Shown one piece after another: positions 37,742-46,141 of a stretch of 64,000 bases of DNA; position 1 is the first letter of the stretch, and each line of letters begins with the position of its first letter. Origin of the DNA: an uncultured SAR86 cluster bacterium. Its GTDB lineage: Bacteria > Pseudomonadota > Gammaproteobacteria > Magnimaribacterales > D2472. The DNA is taken from positions 129,821-193,820 of the forward strand of contig CABYHU010000002.1 of assembly GCA_902518715.1 (NCBI GenBank), given 5' to 3'. The notes beneath the pieces are model-generated. The model ran no database searches and was not told the origin of the DNA. It saw only the letters and a list, made by a program, of their open reading frames with translations. Made by a program: the position numbers and the translations under genes.

Positions 37742-39277
37742 TTACTCAAGAAAATGTTTGTAAGCTATGTTTGAAGTCTCTTCTGTGAAAGTGTATCCAG
37801 TTCTTTTTAAATATCTTTTTAGTAGTTCTTTATTCTTTGAGCTATCTTGGATTCCTACTAATACTTTCCCAAAAGCAGAACCCAAATTCCTGTAGTGAAA
37901 AAGCGTTATATTCCATTTATTACCTAATTTTTCTAAGAAATCTAGCAAAGCCCCTGGCCTTTCAGGAAATTCCATCCTGAAAACTCTTTCGGTTCTCGCA
38001 GTTGTACTTCTTCCACCAACCATATGTCGCAAATGGTCATTTGAAATCTCATTTTTTGTAAGATCTTTAAAAGGATAGTGATTTTTAGACAATCTGTTTT
38101 TTAATGATATAAAGTTTTTAGCTGACTTTGTTTTTATTCCAACCAGTACATGAGCATCATTTGGATCAGAAAGCCTGTAATTAAACTCTGTAATCTGAGA
38201 ATTAGAAAATATCTTAGATAGTTTTAGAAAACTCCCAGCTTTTTCAGGAATTTGGATACTTAGAATCTTTTCTTTGTCCTCTCCAAGCTCTGACCTTTCA
38301 ACAATATAACTTAATCTATCAAAATTTAGGTTAGCGCCGCTACTTATTGCTAGCAGATTCTTTTTCTTTTTTGATGCGTATTTCTTCAATCCTGCTAACG
38401 CTACTGCTCCGGCTGGTTCAGACATTACTCTTGTATCTTCAAACAGATCTTTTACTGCGGCACATACCTCATCAATAGTTACTGTTATTACCCCATCAAT
38501 GCATTCTTTTATAACATCAAAGTTGTTTTTACCTACTTGTTCTACAGCAACGCCATCAGCAAAGATTCCTACGTTCTTGAGTCTTACTCTCTTGTTTGCT
38601 TTGAGAGCCTCATAAAGACATGCAGAATCATCAACCTCGACTCCATAGATTTTTATTTTTTTGTTATTTTGGGCTATCCATGCAGAAACTCCTGCCAGAA
38701 GACCTCCTCCACCAACTGGGACAAATATTGCATCTAAGTCATCATTTGTTTCTAAAATTTCTTTTCCAACTGTTCCTTGGCCAGCTATTGTATATGGATC
38801 ATCAAAGGGGTGAATAAATTCTTTCTTCTCCTTTTTACAAATTTCATATGCATGCTTCACGGCTTGATCATAATTATCACCAAATAGCTTTACTCTTGCT
38901 CCAAAATTTTTAACAGCCCTAATCTTTATTTCTGGGGTCGTTTTAGGCATAACTATAAGACATTTAATTTTTAATTTTTTACATGCACTTGCTACTCCTT
39001 GAGCATGATTACCAGCAGATGCGGCAATAACCCCCAATTTAAGCTTGTCCTTTTTAATATTCACAATTTTGTTGTAAGCGCCTCTATTTTTAAAAGAAAA
39101 AATAGGTTGTAAATCTTCTCTCTTTAGGAAAACATTATGGCCAAGTTTATTTGAAAGGTTGGTTGCATTAGTAATTGGGGAAACATTTGCTACATCGTAA
39201 ACACTAGAATTTTCAATCAAAGATAAATATCTTTTTGATTTAGTAAAATTCTTTGTTCTTTTGTTAGAAATTTTCAC
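37742..39277 (-). CDS. ilvA: Biosynthetic threonine ammonia-lyase (threonine dehydratase) with tandem C-terminal regulatory domains
   Basis: PLP lysine motif FSFKNRGAYN, the GGGGL loop and two ACT-like repeats at the C-terminus. 511 aa. Confidence 0.93.
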   Translation of the reverse strand: MKISNKRTKNFTKSKRYLSLIENSSVYDVANVSPITNATNLSNKLGHNVFLKREDLQPIFSFKNRGAYNKIVNIKKDKLKLGVIAASAGNHAQGVASACKKLKIKCLIVMPKTTPEIKIRAVKNFGARVKLFGDNYDQAVKHAYEICKKEKKEFIHPFDDPYTIAGQGTVGKEILETNDDLDAIFVPVGGGGLLAGVSAWIAQNNKKIKIYGVEVDDSACLYEALKANKRVRLKNVGIFADGVAVEQVGKNNFDVIKECIDGVITVTIDEVCAAVKDLFEDTRVMSEPAGAVALAGLKKYASKKKKNLLAISSGANLNFDRLSYIVERSELGEDKEKILSIQIPEKAGSFLKLSKIFSNSQITEFNYRLSDPNDAHVLVGIKTKSAKNFISLKNRLSKNHYPFKDLTKNEISNDHLRHMVGGRSTTARTERVFRMEFPERPGALLDFLEKLGNKWNITLFHYRNLGSAFGKVLVGIQDSSKNKELLKRYLKRTGYTFTEETSNIAYKHFLE

Positions 39278-39308
39278 AGCTCTTTCCTCATTGGAGTATT
39301 ATAGCTTT

Positions 39309-39944
39309 ATGAGCGATGCAAAGATAAGGGCTGCAGAAAAAGCACTAAATTATCTAAGGCCCAAAATTAATTCAAAATCTATCTTAGGAATTGGAACTGG
39401 ATCAACAGTTAATTGTTTTATTGAACTGTTGCGACCATGCCCTACCCTTGTAAAAGGTGCAGTTTCCAGCTCTGAAGCTTCAACAAAGCTCTTAAGAGAA
39501 ATAGGAATAGATGTCTTTAATTTAAATGATATTGATGAGGTTGAGTTCTATATTGATGGAGCAGATGAAATTGCTGATGATTTATCTCTTATGAAAGGTG
39601 GAGGTGGTGCACACACTCAAGAGAAAATTATTGCAACAGCCTCTAAGAACTTCTTATGTATTGCGGATCAATCAAAAATAGTTTCAAAATTAGGCTCCTT
39701 CCCAATCCCTGTCGAAGTCTTATCGCAAGCCAGAAGTTTTGTTGCAAGGAAATTAATGGCTTTGGGCGGTATTGCAAAATTGAGACATGGTTTTATTACC
39801 GATCAAGGTAATGAAATTCTTGATTTAACTGGAATGACAATTGATGACCCAATATCTTTAGAAACAAAGATTAATTCAATCCCCGGGGTCGTAGATAACG
39901 GAATATTTGGATTACGAAAAGCAGATCAAATATTTATAGGTTAA
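39309..39944 (+). CDS. rpiA: Ribose-5-phosphate isomerase A
   Basis: GIGTGST and DGADE motifs. The ATG at 39309 (MSDAKIRAAEKAL...) is preferred to the ORF-track TTG at 39261, which would overlap the divergent ilvA start. Confidence 0.9.
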   Translation: MSDAKIRAAEKALNYLRPKINSKSILGIGTGSTVNCFIELLRPCPTLVKGAVSSSEASTKLLREIGIDVFNLNDIDEVEFYIDGADEIADDLSLMKGGGGAHTQEKIIATASKNFLCIADQSKIVSKLGSFPIPVEVLSQARSFVARKLMALGGIAKLRHGFITDQGNEILDLTGMTIDDPISLETKINSIPGVVDNGIFGLRKADQIFIG

Positions 39945-40466
39945 TTAGAGGAGATTTTCTATTTTGCCAGCTAGTGACTCTGGTAGAACTTTTGAATCAT
40001 ACATTCCCACTAACTTACCCTCTTTTGAAATAAGAAATTTATTAAAATTCCAAGATGGTTCTTTACCAGATTCTCGAGAAAGTTTTTTGAAGAGTGGGTG
40101 TGCTTGATCTCCTCTAACACGAGTGGTTGCATAAAGAGGAAATGTTACGTTGTAAGTTGCATCACAAAATTCAGCAGTTTTAGATTCATCTGTAAATTCT
40201 TGCCACATAAAATCGCGAGATGGAATACCTATTACTGTGAAGCCTTTATCACCATATTCTGAATATAGTTTTTGTAATCCTTCGTATTGAGGTGTATATC
40301 CACACTTGCTGGCCACATTAACGATTAAAAGAACGTCACCCTCATATTTGCAAAGACTTTCAGATTCAGTCGAATCAAGTATTCTGAGCTTTTCGTCAAT
40401 CAAAGAATTACAAGCAAAACTTGTAACTGAAATAAGAAGCGCAGATATGTACAACAGGTTTTTCAT
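39945..40466 (-). CDS. Glutathione peroxidase family protein (Cys-type), exported
   Basis: VNVASKCGYT active site, WNFNKFL motif and an N-terminal signal or lipoprotein-like leader (SVTSFAC). Confidence 0.88.
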   Translation of the reverse strand: MKNLLYISALLISVTSFACNSLIDEKLRILDSTESESLCKYEGDVLLIVNVASKCGYTPQYEGLQKLYSEYGDKGFTVIGIPSRDFMWQEFTDESKTAEFCDATYNVTFPLYATTRVRGDQAHPLFKKLSRESGKEPSWNFNKFLISKEGKLVGMYDSKVLPESLAGKIENLL

Positions 40467-40482
40467 GATGTGGGATTATAAC

Positions 40483-40560
40483 TTAGCTTACAGGTGCAAT
40501 TGCAAGTACTGAAACAAAAAATAAGCTTGCTAAAAAAATTACTTCTAAATTCTCTCTCAT
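40483..40560 (-). CDS. Candidate 25-aa single-TM peptide (MRENLEVIFLASLFFVSVLAIAPVS), absent from the ORF track
   Basis: ATG 40560-40558 is preceded by AAGGA with a 5-nt spacer. The TAA stop lies 16 nt upstream of the gpx ATG, which itself has no SD. It sits downstream of a candidate promoter and a structured leader. No homology is claimed. Confidence 0.35.
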   Translation of the reverse strand: MRENLEVIFLASLFFVSVLAIAPVS

Positions 40561-40578
40561 TATATTCCTTATAAGACT

Positions 40579-40605
40579 TGGAGGGCCTGAGCCCTCCACA
40601 TTTTT
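40579..40605 (+). terminator. Terminator-shaped hairpin on the plus strand (also SL-B of the minus-strand leader)
   Basis: GGAGGGC-CTGA-GCCCTCC (40580-40597), a perfect 7-bp GC-rich stem, is followed by ACATTTTTC on the plus strand only. On the minus strand no U-tract follows. Confidence 0.45.
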
Positions 40606-40615
40606 CAGAGGATTT

Positions 40616-40647
40616 GTCAGCCCAAAAATAGGGGGAGGAGTGCTGAC
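40616..40647. promoter_or_regulatory. Second stem-loop in the gpx-upstream intergenic region
   Basis: GTCAGC - 20-nt loop - GCTGAC. The loop is GGGGGAGGAG-rich on the plus strand and CUCCUCCCCC-rich on the minus strand. Confidence 0.4.
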
Positions 40648-40655
40648 AATTTAAT

Positions 40656-40683
40656 ATTATGCACGTTTATAATATATTATCAA
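40656..40683 (-). promoter_or_regulatory. Candidate sigma70 promoter driving the structured leader, small ORF and gpx
   Basis: Minus strand TTGATA (40683-40678), a 16-nt spacer, then CATAAT (40661-40656). The predicted TSS is near 40649, at the foot of the first stem-loop. Confidence 0.4.
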
Positions 40684-40746
40684 TACTTTTTATAAAATAA
40701 ATGGTCTTTTTTTTGGGTATAATGTAAAAAAATTTTGGAGTTTGTC

Positions 40747-42900
40747 TTGAAAGGAAAAATTAATTACAGCGTTACCGATGGAATTGCAATTCTTGAGGTT
40801 GATAATCCACCAGTCAATCCTCTTAGTGACGGCGTAAGACATGGTCTTATAGAGAGTATGGAAAAAGCAGAATCTGATGACAGTGTTGTTGGTATTGTGC
40901 TTACAGGTAAAGGGAGATCATTCATTGCAGGAGCAGATATTTCAGAGTTTGGCCAACAAATAGAAGGGCCTTCCATTCATGACGCTTTTGAAAAAATTGA
41001 AAAATCAACAAAGCCTGTTATTGCCGCTATTAACGGATCCGCTCTTGGTGGTGGATTAGAAACAGCATTATGTTGCCATTATAGAGTCTCATCAAAGCAA
41101 GGTTTTATAGGTTTGCCTGAAGTAAATCTAGGATTGTTGCCAGGTGCAGGAGGAACTCAGCGTCTCCCCCGTCTAGTTGGGCCAGCTGAAGCTCTCAAAA
41201 TAATGCTTTCAGGAAGGCATATACCCGCTGTAAAAGCTGTAGATATGGGTGTTATAGACTCATTATCTGAAGGAGACATAGTAGAAGATGCTGTTGCATT
41301 TGCTAAAGATGTAGCAGAGAAGAATGAAACACATCCGCTAGTAAGAAATCTTAATGAGAAGGTTCTCGCAGCAAGAGGTGATGAGAACATAATCTCAGAA
41401 GCGAGAGCACTTGCGGCAAAAATCAGAAAAGGGCAATTTGCACCCGGGAAGATCATTCAATGTGTGGAAGCAGCAATAAATTTAGATGATTTTGATGAAG
41501 CAATGAAAAAAGAAGCTGAATATTTCATTGAATGTCTTATGAATCCTCAAAGAGAGGCAATGATTCATATCTTTTTTGGTGAAAGAGCTGCTTCAAAAAT
41601 TAATGATGTTCCCAAAGAGACGCCAAAAATGGATATTAAAAAAGCCGGAATAATTGGTTCAGGAACAATGGGCGGAGGAATAGCAATGTGCTTTGCAAAC
41701 ATTGGCATACCAGTTCATATTGTTGATCAAGATGAAGAAAACCTTAAAAAAGGTCTAGCAGCTATTGAAAGAAATTATAAGTTTATGGTTGATAGAGGAA
41801 GAATGTCGGCTGAACAAATGGAAAAAACTTTTGGTCTTATTTCATCAGGTCTTTCTTATGAAGAAATTTCTGATGTTGATATCGTCATTGAGGCTGTATA
41901 TGAAAACTTAGACCTAAAACTAGAGATATTTAAGAAACTAGATGAGGCTGTCAAAGATGATGCAATCCTTGCATCAAATACTTCTGGGCTTGATGTTGAT
42001 GCCCTAGCAGATTGTACTAAAAGGCCTGGGAAAGTAGTGGGCACTCACTTTTTTAGTCCTGCAAATGTGATGCGGTTGTTGGAAGTTGTGCGTGGTGAAA
42101 AAACATCTAACGAAACACTTGCCACTATTATGTCGCTTGGTAAGGCCCTTAAAAAGGCTCCAGTTGTATCTCTAAATGCACCAGGGTTTATTGGAAATAG
42201 GATGCTATTTGGATATACAACTCAAGCAAATAAACTCCTATTAGAAGGAGCTCTCCCACATCAAGTTGATTCTGCACTTGAGAATTTCGGCATGAGCATG
42301 GGTCCATTTAGAATGCTAGACCTCGTTGGTTTAGACTTAGGATGGAGAGCTAGAAAGCTTAGTGGGACCGAATCACCAATTACGGCAAAAATAAATGACG
42401 CATTATGTGACTTGGACAGATATGGTCAAAAAAATGGAAAGGGCTTTTATAACTATGTTGAGGGTTCTAGAGCTCCACACCCTGCTCCAGAAAATGAAGC
42501 TATATATGAACAAGTTTCTAAAGATAATGGCTTTGAAAGAAGAGAAATATCTGATCAGGAGATCATTGATAGATGCATATTGGCTCTAGTTAATGAGGGA
42601 GCAAAAATCCTTGAAGAAGGTGTTGCTCAACGATCAGGAGATATGGATGTTGTATATATTAATGGTTATGGCTTTCCAATTTGGAGAGGAGGACCAATGC
42701 AGTTCGCAAATATGGAAGGTCTTGATGTAATTTCGGCTAAAATTGATGAATTTGCAAAGAACGATCCTGAATTTTGGCAAAAAGCTGATTTAATAGGTAG
42801 TTTAAGCGAAATCAAGGGTAGATTTGGGGATGCGCCGGCACCTGAAGACAGAAAACCCGTTTCAGGTTTCAATAAATCATCAGTTGCTGGTAATTTATAA
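40747..42900 (+). CDS. Bifunctional enoyl-CoA hydratase / 3-hydroxyacyl-CoA dehydrogenase (FadB/FadJ-like fatty-acid oxidation alpha subunit)
   Basis: N-terminal crotonase fold (GADISEF, GGGLE), a central Rossmann motif GIIGSGTMGGGIA and C-terminal 3HCDH repeats. I prefer the TTG at 40747 (GGAG at 40737-40740, 6-nt spacer) over the TTG at 40735. A TATAAT lies at 40718-40723. No thiolase gene is adjacent. Confidence 0.88.
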   Translation: MKGKINYSVTDGIAILEVDNPPVNPLSDGVRHGLIESMEKAESDDSVVGIVLTGKGRSFIAGADISEFGQQIEGPSIHDAFEKIEKSTKPVIAAINGSALGGGLETALCCHYRVSSKQGFIGLPEVNLGLLPGAGGTQRLPRLVGPAEALKIMLSGRHIPAVKAVDMGVIDSLSEGDIVEDAVAFAKDVAEKNETHPLVRNLNEKVLAARGDENIISEARALAAKIRKGQFAPGKIIQCVEAAINLDDFDEAMKKEAEYFIECLMNPQREAMIHIFFGERAASKINDVPKETPKMDIKKAGIIGSGTMGGGIAMCFANIGIPVHIVDQDEENLKKGLAAIERNYKFMVDRGRMSAEQMEKTFGLISSGLSYEEISDVDIVIEAVYENLDLKLEIFKKLDEAVKDDAILASNTSGLDVDALADCTKRPGKVVGTHFFSPANVMRLLEVVRGEKTSNETLATIMSLGKALKKAPVVSLNAPGFIGNRMLFGYTTQANKLLLEGALPHQVDSALENFGMSMGPFRMLDLVGLDLGWRARKLSGTESPITAKINDALCDLDRYGQKNGKGFYNYVEGSRAPHPAPENEAIYEQVSKDNGFERREISDQEIIDRCILALVNEGAKILEEGVAQRSGDMDVVYINGYGFPIWRGGPMQFANMEGLDVISAKIDEFAKNDPEFWQKADLIGSLSEIKGRFGDAPAPEDRKPVSGFNKSSVAGNL

Positions 42901-43422
42901 TACTATATTAACTTTTGTTCCCTTTTCAACTAGGCTAAATAGTTCAATTACGTCCTGATTGAACATTCTTATGCAGCCATGAGAAGCTTTTTCACCTATT
43001 AAACCCTCTTCGGGAGTGCCATGAATATAGATATATCGATAAAAAGAATCTACATTACCACCCTTATTGAAACCCTCCTCGGTTCCCTCTAACCATAGTA
43101 TTCTTGAGGTTACATGATCGTCTTCTGAATCATAGTCATCATGGTAAATTTCGGCGAATTTACCAGTATTTATTCTCTCTTTAAAAATAATGTTTTTAGG
43201 AGCATCTGTACCAATTTTTTCTTTAATTATATGACTACCTAGAGGTGTTTTATAGGAATTCTCGATTTGGCCTTCACCATATGAAGATGAAGATATAGGA
43301 TAGGAAATAACGAGATCTCCCCTATTATCAAGGAGAAAAAGTCTTTGTTGACTAATATCAACAAGAATCTCAGCACCTGAGAGACCAGAAAAGACTATTA
43401 AAAATAAAAAGTACTTATGCAT
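42895..43422 (-). CDS. L,D-transpeptidase (YkuD domain)
   Basis: Signal peptide. Catalytic block HGTPEEGLIGEKASHGCIRM. Confidence 0.85.
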   Translation of the reverse strand: MHKYFLFLIVFSGLSGAEILVDISQQRLFLLDNRGDLVISYPISSSSYGEGQIENSYKTPLGSHIIKEKIGTDAPKNIIFKERINTGKFAEIYHDDYDSEDDHVTSRILWLEGTEEGFNKGGNVDSFYRYIYIHGTPEEGLIGEKASHGCIRMFNQDVIELFSLVEKGTKVNIVL

Positions 43423-44872
43423 TCCTCATTCTAACAAAAAATAATTTGATTGAAACTATAAAAAGGTATATATAAAGAAGTAGGTTGCCATATTTGTTGT
43501 AGAACGTGCGTACATCTGTGGGTACAAGTTTAACATGGAGTATGCCTGAATTGCCTTTACCCATATAATCAACAATTGTTCCTTTACTATCTATAAGCGC
43601 TGATATGCCGTCATTTGTGGCTCTAACAATTGGAATGTTATTTTCTATAGATCTTATTCTTGATATCTCAAGATGCTGATAAGGGCCGAAAGAATTACCA
43701 AACCAGGTATCATTACTGACATTGATAAGATAATTAGAACTTTTGACGTCTTTTCTAACCATTTCACCAAAGACTATATCAAAGCAAACAAGGGGAGAAA
43801 AGCTTCCATATCCTACATTCATCTTTTTCGGACTATCACCCCTGGTCATATTTGACATGGGCATATCAAAAAATGAAATTAATCCCCTTAAAAATCTTTC
43901 AAATGGAATATATTCCCCAAATGGTACAAGTTTTCTTTTGTTATATTTTATTTCTTGCTCTGAATTTATTATTGAATTGTATAAATTTCCATTCTGATAA
44001 CTAAAAAATCCGCTAATCAATGGCTTTTCTATGTTTTTAATTAAATCTTGGCTTCTTGCAGATTCTGAAGTATAGGGTAATGGAGCTTCGGGCCAGACCA
44101 AAATATCAGCTTTTTCTGCAGCTTGAGAAGATAAGCTTACAAATTCCTGTTCAATGTCATTTAAATAGTCATTATCAAATTTCTTAAAAGGATCTGTGGA
44201 TGGCTGAATGATTGCTAAATTAATAACACCTCCATCACTTTTACCGCTTTCAAAAATATTTGGTGACATAAAGCTAATGAATATGAATAAGTTAAACGCC
44301 AATAAATAAATTTTGTTTGAATATAAAACTACATTTGAAGCTACAAAAATATATAGCAAAAGAGATAAACCTGAAACGCCGATCAAACCATATAAGATTT
44401 CATAAGAGGTATCTAAAAAAATGTATCCTGGCAATAGCCATGGAAATCCGCCTAAAAAGTAATACCTACCGAATTCAACTAAAATTAGAACGAAAGGCAC
44501 GAACAAAAGGAGATTATTTGATTTGTTAATAATAACTCTTTTTAGCAATAGAATTGGTAGAAAAAAGAATATGATGCAGCCAATTGATAATATTAAGAAT
44601 AATAAAATTGATCCAAAAAGACTTACATTTCCGTAATAGTAAATACTTACTATTATCCATGATGTTCCAATTCCCCAATACCCAAACGACCATAGAAATA
44701 GGTTATATAAATTCCTATTATCATTTGATCTAAATAGTTTATAGATTAGATAGGTGTAACTTACAACTAGCGCGTATTTAAATGAAAAAGGTGCAAAAGA
44801 TAATACTCCAATTGAGCCAAACAATACTGGCTCAAAGTATTTTCTCAAACTAAGTAATAATTGAGATGCCAA
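43415..44872 (-). CDS. lnt: Apolipoprotein N-acyltransferase
   Basis: Multi-TM N-terminal half plus a C-terminal CN-hydrolase domain (WPE, LVCFD). Position downstream of corC in the conserved miaB-ybeZ-ybeY-corC-lnt block. Confidence 0.88.
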   Translation of the reverse strand: MASQLLLSLRKYFEPVLFGSIGVLSFAPFSFKYALVVSYTYLIYKLFRSNDNRNLYNLFLWSFGYWGIGTSWIIVSIYYYGNVSLFGSILLFLILSIGCIIFFFLPILLLKRVIINKSNNLLLFVPFVLILVEFGRYYFLGGFPWLLPGYIFLDTSYEILYGLIGVSGLSLLLYIFVASNVVLYSNKIYLLAFNLFIFISFMSPNIFESGKSDGGVINLAIIQPSTDPFKKFDNDYLNDIEQEFVSLSSQAAEKADILVWPEAPLPYTSESARSQDLIKNIEKPLISGFFSYQNGNLYNSIINSEQEIKYNKRKLVPFGEYIPFERFLRGLISFFDMPMSNMTRGDSPKKMNVGYGSFSPLVCFDIVFGEMVRKDVKSSNYLINVSNDTWFGNSFGPYQHLEISRIRSIENNIPIVRATNDGISALIDSKGTIVDYMGKGNSGILHVKLVPTDVRTFYNKYGNLLLYIYLFIVSIKLFFVRMRNA

Positions 44873-45695
44873 TTTTTTTAATTCGACGTTTATCTGCAGC
44901 TGTGACGACTAGCTCAATTGATTCAACAATAATTTTATCGCCAACTTTTGGAAGTATTCCTAATTTTTTGGTCATATATCCGCCCAAAGTCTCAACTGAG
45001 CTTTCATTTAAATTAATCTCAAATTTTTCTTCGAATTCATCTATTTCGATCTTTGCATCGGCAATGAACTCCTTTTCTGATACCTGAATGAGATCAAGGT
45101 CATCGATATCGTGCTCATCTTCTATTTCACCAACTAATTCCTCTAAAATATCTTCGATAGTTACCAAGCCACATATTTCTCCATATTCATCAATTACAAC
45201 AGCTAAATGTGACTTATCTTTTTTAAATTCTTCAAGAAGTGAATCCGCCCGTTTTGTTTCAGGTACAACTTTTGCATCTCTCATTATTGAGTCTAAATTT
45301 ACCTCTTCATTTATAGATAGAAGTGGCAATAGATCTTTTGCTAAAAGGATTCCTTCCACCTTCTTCTTTTTTTCATTTATGACTGGATATCTTGAGTGGC
45401 CAGATTCAATTACAGTCTCAAGCAGTTTCTCAGATGAATCATCAATATAGATATTTACCATTTCAACTTTTGGGATCATTATTTCCTTAACGGAAGTTGC
45501 TCTTAATTTAATTGCATTTTCAGCAATAGAAAATGCAACCTCATCGATAATATCTGATGATAGAGAGCTTTCTAGAACCTCTGTAACATCTTCAATATTT
45601 TTTGGTTTGATAAAAAGAATATTTCTTACAAAAGCTCGGAACCTTTGATAAAAAGAGGAGGGCGCATCTTCCTTATTTTTTATTATTTTGTTCAT
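44850..45695 (-). CDS. corC: CBS-pair / CorC_HlyC domain protein (Mg/Co efflux-associated CorC/YbeX)
   Basis: Tandem CBS domains followed by the CorC_HlyC transporter-associated domain. Synteny. Confidence 0.88.
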   Translation of the reverse strand: MNKIIKNKEDAPSSFYQRFRAFVRNILFIKPKNIEDVTEVLESSLSSDIIDEVAFSIAENAIKLRATSVKEIMIPKVEMVNIYIDDSSEKLLETVIESGHSRYPVINEKKKKVEGILLAKDLLPLLSINEEVNLDSIMRDAKVVPETKRADSLLEEFKKDKSHLAVVIDEYGEICGLVTIEDILEELVGEIEDEHDIDDLDLIQVSEKEFIADAKIEIDEFEEKFEINLNESSVETLGGYMTKKLGILPKVGDKIIVESIELVVTAADKRRIKKIGISIIT

Positions 45696-46141
45696 ATTAA
45701 ATAAGGGTCGCCTATTTTAAGTTTTTTTAAGATTCTTATCTCTTCTTTTTCCATATCTTTTCTTTGTGTCGTTTTAGTATGGTCATGACCAAAGATATGA
45801 AGAATCCCATGAATGAGCATATGACTAATGTGATCGTTAATACTTTTTCCTTGCGATGCTGCCTCTTTTTCAAGATAAGGATAACATATTGCAATATCTC
45901 CAAATTCTTGAGTCTGTTCTTTGGACTCATCATCGTTTACAAATGCAAGCACATTAGTATTTTTATCTTTATTTCTAAATGTCTTATTCAGTTCTTGCAT
46001 TTCTGTATTGCAAACAATCTTTACATTTATTTTCTTATTTGTTTTCTCTCTCTCACAAAAGACTATGTCAGCAACTTCTTTCATAGCTTGAAGTTGACTA
46101 TTTGATAAAAATTTATTTGGGTCGGAGATGTTTAGGCTCAA
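45692..46141 (-). CDS. ybeY: rRNA maturation endoribonuclease YbeY
   Basis: Zinc motif HGILHIFGHDH. 149 aa. Synteny. Confidence 0.93.
   Translation of the reverse strand: MSLNISDPNKFLSNSQLQAMKEVADIVFCEREKTNKKINVKIVCNTEMQELNKTFRNKDKNTNVLAFVNDDESKEQTQEFGDIAICYPYLEKEAASQGKSINDHISHMLIHGILHIFGHDHTKTTQRKDMEKEEIRILKKLKIGDPYLI

Noticed and set aside
39261-39308. ORF-track TTG start for rpiA, overlapping the divergent ilvA start
   Set aside because: The ATG at 39309 gives the usual RpiA N-terminus and leaves a 31-nt divergent promoter region. The extension (MLEIFTALSSLEYYSF) looks non-native.
39945-40466. Selenocysteine (in-frame TGA plus SECIS) in the glutathione peroxidase
   Set aside because: The active-site residue is an ordinary Cys codon (VASKCGYT) and there is no in-frame TGA.
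40580-40650. CsrB/RsmZ-like sponge sRNA on the plus strand (several GGA motifs: UGGAGGG, AGAGGAU, GGGGGAGGAG)
   Set aside because: There are only about four GGA motifs. One is buried in a stem and the terminator-like hairpin sits in the middle rather than at the end. There is no upstream GacA-type box. The evidence is too thin, so the region is reported as a generic structured region instead.
45088-46105. Antisense ORFs of 120 aa (within corC) and 113 aa (within ybeY). Similar cases occur at 21885-22211, 28064-28387, 33294-33611, 18298-18603 and 41157-41456.
   Set aside because: All are shadow frames of strongly supported genes, with Ser/Ile/Phe-rich junk-like sequence and no independent signals.
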